Shown here piece by piece: positions 9,144-18,293 of a stretch of 64,000 nt of DNA. The stretch lies in sequence record SRR31156797_1106; one strand, given 5' to 3'. The translations under genes and the position numbers were made by a program. Position 1 is the stretch's first letter, and every line of letters starts with the position of its first letter. Below the pieces are notes generated by a model. It saw only the letters and a program-made list of their open reading frames with translations, searched no databases and was not told the DNA's origin.

Positions 9144-9629
9144 TTATTTGGCTTTTGGTGCCCTAGACATGGCAACGGTACCAGTACGGATAATCTCCTT
9201 GATGCCGATGGGCTTGAGGATATCTATTACCGCTTTGATTTTGGATTCTGAACCTGTAACTTCCACGGTATAGGAACTGGCACTGACATCAACCACCTTG
9301 CCCCGGAAAATGTCGATGATTCGAAGCACCTCTGCACGGCTTGATGCATCTGCCTTAACCCGGATAAGAACCATTTCCCTTTCTACAAACTCAGTTTCGT
9401 TAAGATCTGTGACCTTGATGACGTCGATTAATTTGTGGAGTTGCTTGATTGCCTGTTCGATTACTCCTTCCTCACCGCGGGTAACCAGTGTAAGGCAGGA
9501 AACTTCCGAGTCCATTGTTTCGGCAACGCAAAGGCTTTCGATGTTAAAACAACGGCCGCTGAATAATCCGGTAACATGGGAAAGTGCACCCGGTTTGTTT
9601 CGCAGAAGGACAGAGAGGGTATGCTTCAT
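9144..9629 (-). CDS. ilvN: Acetolactate synthase small subunit
   Basis: NKPGAL..VTGLFSGR.FNIESL, KQLHKLIDV, RTG. Confidence 0.95.
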   Translation of the reverse strand: MKHTLSVLLRNKPGALSHVTGLFSGRCFNIESLCVAETMDSEVSCLTLVTRGEEGVIEQAIKQLHKLIDVIKVTDLNETEFVEREMVLIRVKADASSRAEVLRIIDIFRGKVVDVSASSYTVEVTGSESKIKAVIDILKPIGIKEIIRTGTVAMSRAPKAK

Positions 9630-9718
9630 TATAATGCTGCTCCTTGTAGTTTCTTTACAGTACGGTTGCAGTTATGTTCATGGTTGTGCAGGGCCAGTTT
9701 GCAGTATCTTTTCACGTT

Positions 9719-11419
9719 TCAGACCAGGAGCATCTCTGTGGTCGGTTTGCCGGCAGGAACCATAGGGAAAACCCCTTCTTCTCGACTGACCGAGAAATCC
9801 ATAACAACGATATTGTTGGTACTCAGGGCTTCTTTTATTACCGGCTCTACCTCAGCCTTGGTCTTTGCTCTCAGGCCAACCGCGCCGTAGGCTTTTGCAA
9901 GCGCCACAAAGTCCGGGGCGTGCTCCATCACTGTTGATGCATAATGCCCATCGTAAAAGAGTTCCTGCCACTGTCTGACCATTCCAAGGTATTGATTATT
10001 CAAGATGGCTACTTTTACGGGCATACCGTACTGTTTGGCTGTTGCCAGCTCCTGGATGTTCATTTGGATAGAACCATCTCCGGCAATGTCAAACACTGCT
10101 TTGTCTGGGAAGGCAAACTGCGCCCCAATGGCAGCGGGAAGTCCATACCCCATGGTGCCCAATCCTCCTGAAGTAAGGAGACGGCGGGGATGATTGAATT
10201 TATAGAACTGAGCCGCCCACATTTGATTTTGGCCAACCTCGGTGGTGATAATGGCGTCACCACCGGTGAGCTCGTTGATTTTTTCGATCACGTATTGGGG
10301 CTTAATAATATCGCCCTCCTCGTGATAGCCGAGAGGGTGTTTCTGGTCCCACTCCAGGACTCTGTCAACCCATGGTTGATTTTTCGCACCGAACTTTTCT
10401 GCATCAAATTCATTGTAGTCCGCAAACCAGTCGTTCATTGCCAGTAACGCCTGTTTGCAATCTGCAACAATGGGGATATCAACCTCAACATTTTTACTGA
10501 TGGAAGTCGGATCGATATCTATATGAATAATCTCTGCATTGGGAGCAAAAGCTTCGAGTTTTCCAGTGACACGGTCATCAAATCGTGAACCGACGGCAAT
10601 AAGCAGGTCACTTTTAGCAACCGCCATATTGGCAGCATAGGTACCGTGCATGCCAAGCATGCCTAAAGAGAGAGAGTCGGTTCCAGGAAAAGCCCCTAGG
10701 CCCATAAGGGTCATTGTTACGGGGATATTAAGCTGCTTGGCAAATTGGGTCAGTTCTGTACTGCCATTGGCCAGGGTAACCCCACCGCCAACATACAGCA
10801 CCGGTTTTTTGGCTTTGAGACAGGCTTTACATGCTTTTTCCACCTGCCCGGGATGCGGCTCCACATTAGGCTGGTAGGTTTGCATCTTGGCCTGCTTTTT
10901 TTTCGGATAGCTTATCAATGATCCTATCACGTCTTTTGGAAGGTCTACCAGTACCGGCCCAGGACGCCCTGAAGCTGCAAGGTAGAAGGCTTCCCGCAGG
11001 GTGGCGACCAGTTGTTCAGGGTCATTGACGAGGTAATTGTGCTTGGTGCATGGACGGGTAATGCCGACAGTATCGACTTCCTGAAAGGCATCATTACCGA
11101 TAAGTGCACGTGGAACCTGACCTGTAAGCACAACCAGCGGGATAGAGTCACAGTAGGCTGTGGCAATTCCTGTGACCCCATTGGTTGCACCTGGGCCGGA
11201 GGTGAGGATGGCAACGCCGACCTTGCCCGTAGCTCTTGCAAATCCGTCTGCAGCGTGTACCGCTCCCTGCTCATGACGCACAAGTACATGTTTGATATCA
11301 GTCTTGCACAGTTCATCATAGAGTTCAATAACAGCACCACCTGGGTACCCAAAGACTAGGTCAACGCCCTCTTCTTTCAGACATTGTATGATTGCCTGAG
11401 AGCCTGTTATTTTACTCAT
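9719..11419 (-). CDS. ilvB: Acetolactate synthase large subunit
   Basis: FGYPGG, RHEQGA, TSGPGATN, GDGSIQMN TPP motif; start placed at MSKITG after GAGG. Confidence 0.96.
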   Translation of the reverse strand: MSKITGSQAIIQCLKEEGVDLVFGYPGGAVIELYDELCKTDIKHVLVRHEQGAVHAADGFARATGKVGVAILTSGPGATNGVTGIATAYCDSIPLVVLTGQVPRALIGNDAFQEVDTVGITRPCTKHNYLVNDPEQLVATLREAFYLAASGRPGPVLVDLPKDVIGSLISYPKKKQAKMQTYQPNVEPHPGQVEKACKACLKAKKPVLYVGGGVTLANGSTELTQFAKQLNIPVTMTLMGLGAFPGTDSLSLGMLGMHGTYAANMAVAKSDLLIAVGSRFDDRVTGKLEAFAPNAEIIHIDIDPTSISKNVEVDIPIVADCKQALLAMNDWFADYNEFDAEKFGAKNQPWVDRVLEWDQKHPLGYHEEGDIIKPQYVIEKINELTGGDAIITTEVGQNQMWAAQFYKFNHPRRLLTSGGLGTMGYGLPAAIGAQFAFPDKAVFDIAGDGSIQMNIQELATAKQYGMPVKVAILNNQYLGMVRQWQELFYDGHYASTVMEHAPDFVALAKAYGAVGLRAKTKAEVEPVIKEALSTNNIVVMDFSVSREEGVFPMVPAGKPTTEMLLV

Positions 11420-11562
11420 TTTTTCCTCTTCGCTGTGGGTTGCTTGTTCATGCTGGGTGCGGTTAGGTGACATCACCTGCTGGGCGACGTAGATATTTTA
11501 GAAATGCAGAATATCTATCTGAGTTTGCCACTTGTTTGTCTCTGATAACAGAGAAACCTCAG

Positions 11563-11591
11563 ACTATATAGACGATAAAAATAGCTGTCAA
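11563..11591 (-). promoter_or_regulatory. Sigma70-type promoter for ilvB
   Basis: TTGACA-N17-TATAGT on the minus strand. Confidence 0.6.
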
Positions 11592-11719
11592 GGGCGAACA
11601 ATTATTCAACAGGTGAAAAGGGGGGCGGCGCTATTGTACCTGTTAGTTTTGGTGGCGTTCCCGGAAAGGGTCGTTAGTTTTAACTGTTTGTAAATAAAGA
11701 GAAATAAGGGTGGTTTGGT

Positions 11720-11757
11720 AATGCGGGGAACAAAGAGAGCTTTTTGCTTCCCGCATT
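11720..11757. terminator. Hairpin downstream of TPR gene
   Basis: aatgcggg...cccgcatt inverted repeat. Confidence 0.5.
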
Positions 11758-11785
11758 ATTATGAATGCTAATCGTGAGCGTTATT

Positions 11786-12364
11786 TTAGTTGTTCTGGGA
11801 TTGGCTTTCCACTTGAGAGATGATTTCTTTGACTGTCGTTCCAGATGGTGTCTTGGCAGAAGGGTTAATGGCTACCAGTTTTTTCCATTCGACAATCGCA
11901 CCTTCCTTGTCGTTAAGGTCACCAAGCAGAACAACCCCTTTGTTAAAGCGTGCCTGTTCATGGTTGGGGTTCTGCTGCAGTACCGCGTCAAAAGTTGCTA
12001 TCGCCTTTTCTGGTTGGCTGTTGCGACGATACATGACGCCAAGATCAGTCATTACATTTATGTCTCCTGGAGTCAGTTCGAGTGCTTTTTTATAGGCTTT
12101 GATTGCGCTAGCTGGTTGGTCGGAATCAAAATACGCGTGGCCAAGTTTAACCCAGGCCTGGCTGTCATCCGGGTTTTTTTGGGTTTGCTGCTCAAGGGAT
12201 TGAATGACAGCAGCTGCCTCTTCGTGGTTGTGCTCTTCTTCCGGCATTGTGGCTGGGGTTTGCATGGCACTGTAAAGTACGCCACACACAAAGCCTATGA
12301 GAAGAGAGGTGGCGATGCTTATATAAAGTGTCTGTTTTTTTACGTGTGGACCAGTGACGGACAT
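11786..12364 (-). CDS. Membrane-anchored TPR protein
   Basis: N-terminal TM helix; TPR repeats (AWVKLGHAYFD, AIKAYKKALEL.P, DLGVMY, ARFNKG). Confidence 0.85.
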   Translation of the reverse strand: MSVTGPHVKKQTLYISIATSLLIGFVCGVLYSAMQTPATMPEEEHNHEEAAAVIQSLEQQTQKNPDDSQAWVKLGHAYFDSDQPASAIKAYKKALELTPGDINVMTDLGVMYRRNSQPEKAIATFDAVLQQNPNHEQARFNKGVVLLGDLNDKEGAIVEWKKLVAINPSAKTPSGTTVKEIISQVESQSQNN

Positions 12365-12449
12365 ATTTTTTCCTTTGTGTTAGTGAAGTAAGTTCGGCCA
12401 AGAATAATAAATAGTAATGGTATACATCATTTTATGCGCGAGCCTAATA

Positions 12450-12626
12450 TAGGCCATCTTGCATAATAGCCTTTTCGCCCAATCTCCCGGATTCTTCGCT
12501 TTTCTCGTAATGCTCTTCAAAAAAAGCTTCGAAGGTAAGCGTGAACTCCGATATTTTTATATGTCTTGGTTTTTTTAAAGCATGCCGCACTTTAGGACGA
12601 AAATTTTAATTATTCAAGACACTCTT
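12450..12626 (+). repeat. Dispersed structured intergenic repeat, copy 1 (MITE/REP-like)
   Basis: taggccatcttgcataatagc...ttcgcccaatctcccggattctt...actccgatat...attattcaagacactct; aligns with reverse complements of 20337-20513 and 22973-23163. Confidence 0.8.
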
Positions 12627-12720
12627 TATATATTATAATCCCACAGTGTGGGATACAGCAAGGGCGATGCCGCCACTGAAATTTCAATATCACTGATGGT
12701 AGAGTGGTTGAAGGTTGTGA

Positions 12721-12760
12721 ACGAGGAAGAACGAGGAAGAATGAGGGAGAATGAGGGAGA
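12721..12760. repeat. 10-bp tandem repeat, 4 units
   Basis: acgaggaaga acgaggaaga atgagggaga atgagggaga. Confidence 0.85.
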
Positions 12761-12813
12761 TGTTAAAAGAATTTTTTTGCTATAACGTAACAACACGGAC
12801 TGATTGATCTCGG

Positions 12814-13641
12814 TTATGAGAACTTGACAGTGAAACAAAAGCGATCTGTTCGTGGTCCACAGTGGCCGCAACGGTGGCTCGTAATGGTTGAGATATCTTT
12901 TGCATGATCACTGCAGGCCCTGGCAATTTGATCGATCACCTTTTGGGTATTACCCTGGGTTACCATGGTGTAAAGGTGCAGTATCCCCTTTTGTGTCAGT
13001 GAAGGGAGGGAGCAGTTGACAAGCATGGAGATGTCTCCTGTAGGGAGGACCGTAACAATACGGTCAAACGTATGGGGTAATGATGGTAGTACTTGGGCCG
13101 CATCTCCCTGGTAAAAAAGGACTCTCCCTTTCGCCTTGTTAAGCTGTAAATTTTTAAGAGCAAAGCTATGGGCGGCAGGATTTTTTTCTATGCCGACAAT
13201 TAATCGGGCTTTGCTGTGTTTTGCCATGGTTAGCGGAAACGGACCCACTCCGGAGCATAATACTGCCACTCGTTCTCCCGGTAGGACGAGCTCAGCCAGG
13301 CGCAGACGTTCACCGGCCATTCGGACCGAGTAATAGACTGTTTCCGGGTTTATGTAAAGCTGGATACCGTTTTCCTTGTGCAAAGTCTCTTTACGGTTTT
13401 CACCGGCAATTATTTGCAGCTCCCGTGTTCTAAACTCTCCTTGGTGTATACCTATTCGTTTACCAATAACACGAATGGGGGGATGGGCCTGGAGTAAAAT
13501 TTCTCCTATCGCCTTTTCTTTTTTTACCAATGATTCCGGAATGGTGGTGATGAGGATGTCCCCAATGCGGTCGTAGCTCCATATCATGGCATTTATTTCG
13601 CAATCAGTGAGGATATTGCGCAGTACTTCTTTTATTTGCAT
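12814..13641 (-). CDS. Trm5/TYW2 (Met-10+-like) class I SAM-dependent transferase
   Basis: SYDRIGDI, GEFRTREL.IIAGE, TLHKENG, VYYSVRM..ER.R, SGVGPF, IEKNP; start placed at MQIKEV. Confidence 0.8.
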   Translation of the reverse strand: MQIKEVLRNILTDCEINAMIWSYDRIGDILITTIPESLVKKEKAIGEILLQAHPPIRVIGKRIGIHQGEFRTRELQIIAGENRKETLHKENGIQLYINPETVYYSVRMAGERLRLAELVLPGERVAVLCSGVGPFPLTMAKHSKARLIVGIEKNPAAHSFALKNLQLNKAKGRVLFYQGDAAQVLPSLPHTFDRIVTVLPTGDISMLVNCSLPSLTQKGILHLYTMVTQGNTQKVIDQIARACSDHAKDISTITSHRCGHCGPRTDRFCFTVKFS

Positions 13642-13724
13642 AATGAATTCTCTTGCATTTTTAAGTAATGCAGTTATTATAAAAAGTTTGTGAAATTTGA
13701 ACACCTGATTTAGGAGAATATATC

Positions 13725-13919
13725 ATGGCCCGTGTATGTGAAATTTGTGGCAAAGGTCCAGTTACCGGCAATAATGTGAGTCATGCCCATAACAAGACCC
13801 GTCGTCGCTGGCTTCCTAATCTGCAGAGGGTAAGAACTGTCACTGATAATGGCAGCACCGTTCGTATTAACGCTTGTACTCGATGTATCAGATCCGGTGC
13901 AGTCGTTAAGCCTGCTTGA
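13725..13919 (+). CDS. rpmB: 50S ribosomal protein L28
   Basis: [32 protein letters not shown]. Confidence 0.98.
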   Translation: MARVCEICGKGPVTGNNVSHAHNKTRRRWLPNLQRVRTVTDNGSTVRINACTRCIRSGAVVKPA

Positions 13920-13940
13920 TTAGCAAAGTCTTTTATGTTG

Positions 13941-13978
13941 AAGGGCGAGTAGAGTTTCTCTTCTCGCCTTTTTTTATT
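13941..13978 (+). terminator. Intrinsic terminator after rpmB
   Basis: aagggcgag...ctcgcctt followed by T run. Confidence 0.7.
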
Positions 13979-14034
13979 GGCACACTGTGCCTTATTATTT
14001 GTTTTGAAAGTTTTAAATCTGTTTGGAGGTCCTC

Positions 14035-14289
14035 ATGAGCGAAGAAGTCCGTTTCTTACCGTATGATGAAGCCGCAAGACTTGTTGCCGCGATTCAAGAG
14101 GAGGAGGATATTCATCGTCCCGACCACCGCGTCCTGACTGTTTACAATCAAGACAACAAGGAGATATGTTGGTTTGATTATGAAGAGGTGATGCAAGATG
14201 TGGGTGTTAGCAAAAGTGATGAAGACTCTAAAGCTAAGCTTACTGAGTATATCCTGCATAGGATTCCTGACTGGGCCCTGGATTTGTAA
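14035..14289 (+). CDS. Small acidic hypothetical protein
   Basis: GGAGG RBS before ATG; 84 aa, protein-like composition. Confidence 0.75.
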   Translation: MSEEVRFLPYDEAARLVAAIQEEEDIHRPDHRVLTVYNQDNKEICWFDYEEVMQDVGVSKSDEDSKAKLTEYILHRIPDWALDL

Positions 14290-14337
14290 AAGATTCTGTA
14301 CAGCAAGCTCTTTAGGCGTTTTGATAGGCTTAGCCAT

Positions 14338-15165
14338 TTAAATCACGCCTGGCGGCATTTCCGGAACTTTATCTCCCCCAAGCATGTATCCACCATCAAG
14401 TCTGATGGTAGTCCCTGTCATATAATCAGCATTTTCCAGCAGGTAGAGCACGGTTGCCACCACTTCTTCCGGCCTGCCTGTTCGTCCCAGAAGAGTATGG
14501 CTTACCAGCTTTTGCTGCTCAGCTTTACTGAGTTCTTTCCAGCCCCGTGTACCCGGCCCATGTCGGGTGTCAAAAAAACCGAGCATGATCTCGTTGACTC
14601 TGATCGTCGGGGCGCATTTGCGGGCCCATGTCTGGGTCAGTGACTGTATCCCACGGTTGGCAGCGGCATAGCCGTCATTAAAAAGTAGACCTGCGGGGCC
14701 CGCTCTTCCGGTAAGTGCAGCAATGGAGGAGATATTGATCACCGCACCATTGTCACTTTTTTGCAGCAATGGCAGGCAGTGTTCAAAAATTTGCCATTTG
14801 GCGTGTAAGGTTGTTTCCATTTCACGCTGCCACTGGCCCGCGTTTACAGGACGGTGATAGGAACCATGGATCACCGGCATGCCGCCTCGCTCGATATTAT
14901 TGATCAGGATATCTAATCGGCCAAACCGCTTTTGTATTTGCTGGATCAATTTATCGACATCACTACTCTGGCGAAGGTCTGTTTCGATGGTTATGTGTTT
15001 GTCGGTGTCGGTCTGGAAAAGTGAACACATGGCTGCCGAATCTTCAGGCCAGTCAAACCAGGGGAGTGCCAAGTGAGTACCTTTGGCGTCGAGTGCCTTT
15101 GCAATGGCCAGGCCTATTCCTCGGGAAGCTCCTAAAACGAGGCCGTATTTGCCAGAAATATTCAT
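14338..15165 (-). CDS. SDR-family oxidoreductase (atypical catalytic motif)
   Basis: GASRGIG, FGRLDILINN, INISS, IRVN, YMTG..IRLDGG. Confidence 0.88.
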   Translation of the reverse strand: MNISGKYGLVLGASRGIGLAIAKALDAKGTHLALPWFDWPEDSAAMCSLFQTDTDKHITIETDLRQSSDVDKLIQQIQKRFGRLDILINNIERGGMPVIHGSYHRPVNAGQWQREMETTLHAKWQIFEHCLPLLQKSDNGAVINISSIAALTGRAGPAGLLFNDGYAAANRGIQSLTQTWARKCAPTIRVNEIMLGFFDTRHGPGTRGWKELSKAEQQKLVSHTLLGRTGRPEEVVATVLYLLENADYMTGTTIRLDGGYMLGGDKVPEMPPGVI

Positions 15166-15406
15166 ATTACCTTATGGGTTTGATCGCTTTTATGGACGTT
15201 GAAAAATGGCTTGTTTAAGTGTGTCGGAGTCTATCAATTATCTTATTGTGATCAATTTTGTATCCTTTGGGTATCAACCATATGCCCACAGTAGAGAAAA
15301 AGATTAGAGATCGAAGTCCGTGTTTACCTGATCTTGATCGAAAAATCTAATATTTATAAGTACCCTTTCGTTCTATCGAATAATGTTTTTTTCAGCAGGA
15401 GTCATC

Positions 15407-18280
15407 ATGAAACCAAAAAGATGGTCAGCCGCCCTTAAGGGAAGTTGTTTTTTGCTGCTCATGTGCAGCATTTTTTTACTTTCTGCGTGCGCATCCCTCA
15501 CAGACAGAAAACAACTCTCTTTATCCCCTTGTATTTCTAACAGCTGGCCCCAGGAAAAAAGTGATCTGACACCTGATCCTGATTTGACCTTTGGCCGTCT
15601 TGATAACGGGCTGCGCTATGTTCTGCTTGCCCATGATGAACCCAAAAACAGGGTTGGTATGTACTTAAATGTGCAGGCTGGCTCTATTCAGGAAACTGAT
15701 AAGCAACGGGGGCTTGCCCATTATCTAGAGCATATGCTGTTCAATGGGACTACCCATTACCCTCCAGGTACGCTGGTGGAGTATTTTCAATCGATTGGCA
15801 TGGGGTTTGGTGCAGATACCAATGCGCATACAGGGTTCGACGAGACTGTGTATAAACTGCTGTTGCCCAACGGAAAACGGGAAATGGTTGACGAGGGACT
15901 CCTGGTGCTTGCTGACTATTCTCGTGGCGCTTTGCTGCTTGAAGAAGAGGTTGATAGAGAGCGGGGTATTATCTTGGCGGAGAAGCGGACTCGCGATTCG
16001 GTTGCTGCCAGGATGCGGAAAAAACAAATGCATTTCGAGTTTGCTGGGACCCGCGCAGCACAAAGGGATCCCATCGGTACGGAGGAGGTTTTATTGCATG
16101 CAGGAAGTGCTGATTTACGTTCTTACTACGACGCATGGTATCGGCCGGAAAATATGGTGGTAGTGGTGGTGGGCGATATGAGTGTGGACGAGACAAAGCA
16201 GCTTGTTGCAAAGCATTTTTCAGGGCTTAAACCAGGAAATGTCGAGCCTGAGTGCAGTGAACTCGGCATGGTGGCAGAAGAAGGGACAGATGTATTGTAC
16301 CTTCACGAGCCGGAGTTAGGGTACACAAGAATATCGTACGGAACAGTATATAATGAGCAGCCCTCAGTCAATAGTAAGGCCAGGGAGCAGCAGCAGCTGT
16401 ATGCCTATGTGGCTGCATCTATACTGAACGATCGAGTGGAGAAGCTGGCCCGTAAACCTGGTAGTCCTTTTACCAGTGCAGATGTGTACTCTGGTATTTT
16501 TCTGGATGCCTTGGGCTATGCCACCCTTACTGCTTCAACCGATAATGCCCGTTGGCAGGAAGGGCTCATCATTTTGCAGCAGGCCGTCAGCCAAACCCTG
16601 AATTCCGGTTTTACAGTAGCTGAACTGGAGAGGGTGAAAAAAGAAATACTTGCGTATTTAAAGAAACAGAAGCAAACCGCAAAGACCCGAAGCAGTTCAA
16701 AAATTGCTGCTGAAATTATCCGTAAAATCAATAGTGATGAGGTGATCCTTTCACCAGAACAGGAATTTGCCCTTTATGAGCCCATGCTTGAGGCGATAAC
16801 TGTTGTCGATGCAGAACAAGCCTTTGCCCGTCTGTGGAAAAGTGAAAGACGCTTGGTACAGGTGGTCGGGACCGTTGATCTTGGCAGTGACAAAGAACAG
16901 GCTGAAGAACAGATAGTAAACGTGCTTGCCGCTCAAAGCGCGGGGGACCTACTCGACTGGGAGGATGAAGAGAATTTGCACTTTCCGTATCTGGAATCGC
17001 CTGCGACCATTGGCAACGTGCAGGAGCGGAAAAGCTACCAAACCATTGGCATGGAAACGGTCCTGCTGGCTGGAGGGGTACGGATTAATTTTAAGAAAAC
17101 CCCATATCAGCGTCATCAGGTACAGGTGGCCGTCCATTTTGGCCAGGGGAAATTATCAGAACCCACTGCTGGGGTGGCCAGGCTAGCCGAAGGTGTGGTT
17201 AGGGAGAGTGGACTTGGTGGGTTGACCCGTGAACAGTTGAATCAAGTTTTTGCGGGGACCAATGTTGAGCTTCGTTTCAAAGTAGGATCGGAGAGTTTCT
17301 CGTTGACCGGCACAAGTTTGGCAGAAGAGTTTGAGATGCTGCTGCAGCTTATATACGCCCAACTTCATGATCCTGCATTTCGGAAGACTGCTTTTGAGAA
17401 AAGCCGGGAACGTGCAGGGAAGATGTTTGATCAGATACAAAATACGGTTGAAGGCCAGGGGCAGCTGGTCGGGTCAAAATTATTGAGCGGGAATAACCCT
17501 TTTTATACCATGGCTACGCGTGCTCAGGTTATGGATGTTCAACTTGATGAGGTGGTTGAATGGCTGAAGCCGGTTTTCTCTGAAGCGCCTTTAGAGATTA
17601 ATATCGTCGGGGATATTGATCAGCAGCAAGCTTTGGAGTTGGTGCAGCGCTATTTTGGTAAGGAAAATCGTACTAAGAAAATTTCGGGCCAAATCGCTAA
17701 GGTTCTGTTTCCTCAAGGGCAGGACTTTTTTCACCACGTAAACAGCTCTGTTGACAAGGCTTTAGTCAGCGTTGTCTGGAAAACTGATGATTTTTGGGAT
17801 ATCTCACGGACCAGGAGATTGAACCTGTTGGCGTCAGTGCTTGCTGATCGCTTGCGCCTGAAAGTCAGAGAGGAGCTGGGGGCAACCTACTCGCCGGTTG
17901 TGTACAATCAATCCAGTCGGACCCATGAAGGGTTTGGAATGCTGCAGAGCAAGATGACGGTCTCTCCTGATCAGGCTCGTATAATGGCAGGGTTGGTCAA
18001 GGAGGTTGCCGTTGAGATGAGTAAACAGGATATCGATAACCAGGAATTGGAGCGTGCACTGGAGCCGACCTTGACCTCCATTCGAGATATGCAGCGCAAC
18101 AACAGCTATTGGCTAAATGCGGTTATGGCTCTTTCCAGCAGGCATCCGGAACAGCTCCAATGGCCGCTTTCCATTGTTAAGGATTTTCAGTCAATTACTT
18201 CAGGACAACTCAGGCAGCTGGCTGAAGAATACCTTAACCCGGAGTTAGCAGCGGAGGTTATTGTCAGTTCTGGCAACTAA
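15407..18280 (+). CDS. M16 (PqqL-like) zinc metallopeptidase, probable lipoprotein
   Basis: HYLEH inverted zinc motif, NAHT, YRPENM, REELGATY; lipobox LSAC. Confidence 0.9.
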   Translation: MKPKRWSAALKGSCFLLLMCSIFLLSACASLTDRKQLSLSPCISNSWPQEKSDLTPDPDLTFGRLDNGLRYVLLAHDEPKNRVGMYLNVQAGSIQETDKQRGLAHYLEHMLFNGTTHYPPGTLVEYFQSIGMGFGADTNAHTGFDETVYKLLLPNGKREMVDEGLLVLADYSRGALLLEEEVDRERGIILAEKRTRDSVAARMRKKQMHFEFAGTRAAQRDPIGTEEVLLHAGSADLRSYYDAWYRPENMVVVVVGDMSVDETKQLVAKHFSGLKPGNVEPECSELGMVAEEGTDVLYLHEPELGYTRISYGTVYNEQPSVNSKAREQQQLYAYVAASILNDRVEKLARKPGSPFTSADVYSGIFLDALGYATLTASTDNARWQEGLIILQQAVSQTLNSGFTVAELERVKKEILAYLKKQKQTAKTRSSSKIAAEIIRKINSDEVILSPEQEFALYEPMLEAITVVDAEQAFARLWKSERRLVQVVGTVDLGSDKEQAEEQIVNVLAAQSAGDLLDWEDEENLHFPYLESPATIGNVQERKSYQTIGMETVLLAGGVRINFKKTPYQRHQVQVAVHFGQGKLSEPTAGVARLAEGVVRESGLGGLTREQLNQVFAGTNVELRFKVGSESFSLTGTSLAEEFEMLLQLIYAQLHDPAFRKTAFEKSRERAGKMFDQIQNTVEGQGQLVGSKLLSGNNPFYTMATRAQVMDVQLDEVVEWLKPVFSEAPLEINIVGDIDQQQALELVQRYFGKENRTKKISGQIAKVLFPQGQDFFHHVNSSVDKALVSVVWKTDDFWDISRTRRLNLLASVLADRLRLKVREELGATYSPVVYNQSSRTHEGFGMLQSKMTVSPDQARIMAGLVKEVAVEMSKQDIDNQELERALEPTLTSIRDMQRNNSYWLNAVMALSSRHPEQLQWPLSIVKDFQSITSGQLRQLAEEYLNPELAAEVIVSSGN

Positions 18281-18293
18281 CTCATTGAGCTGT

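Noticed and set aside
12721..12760. Possible CRISPR array
   Set aside because: 10-bp units with no spacers and no cas genes
12626..12871. 81-aa minus-strand ORF
   Set aside because: Overlaps the Trm5-like 3' end and the tandem repeat; no recognisable protein features
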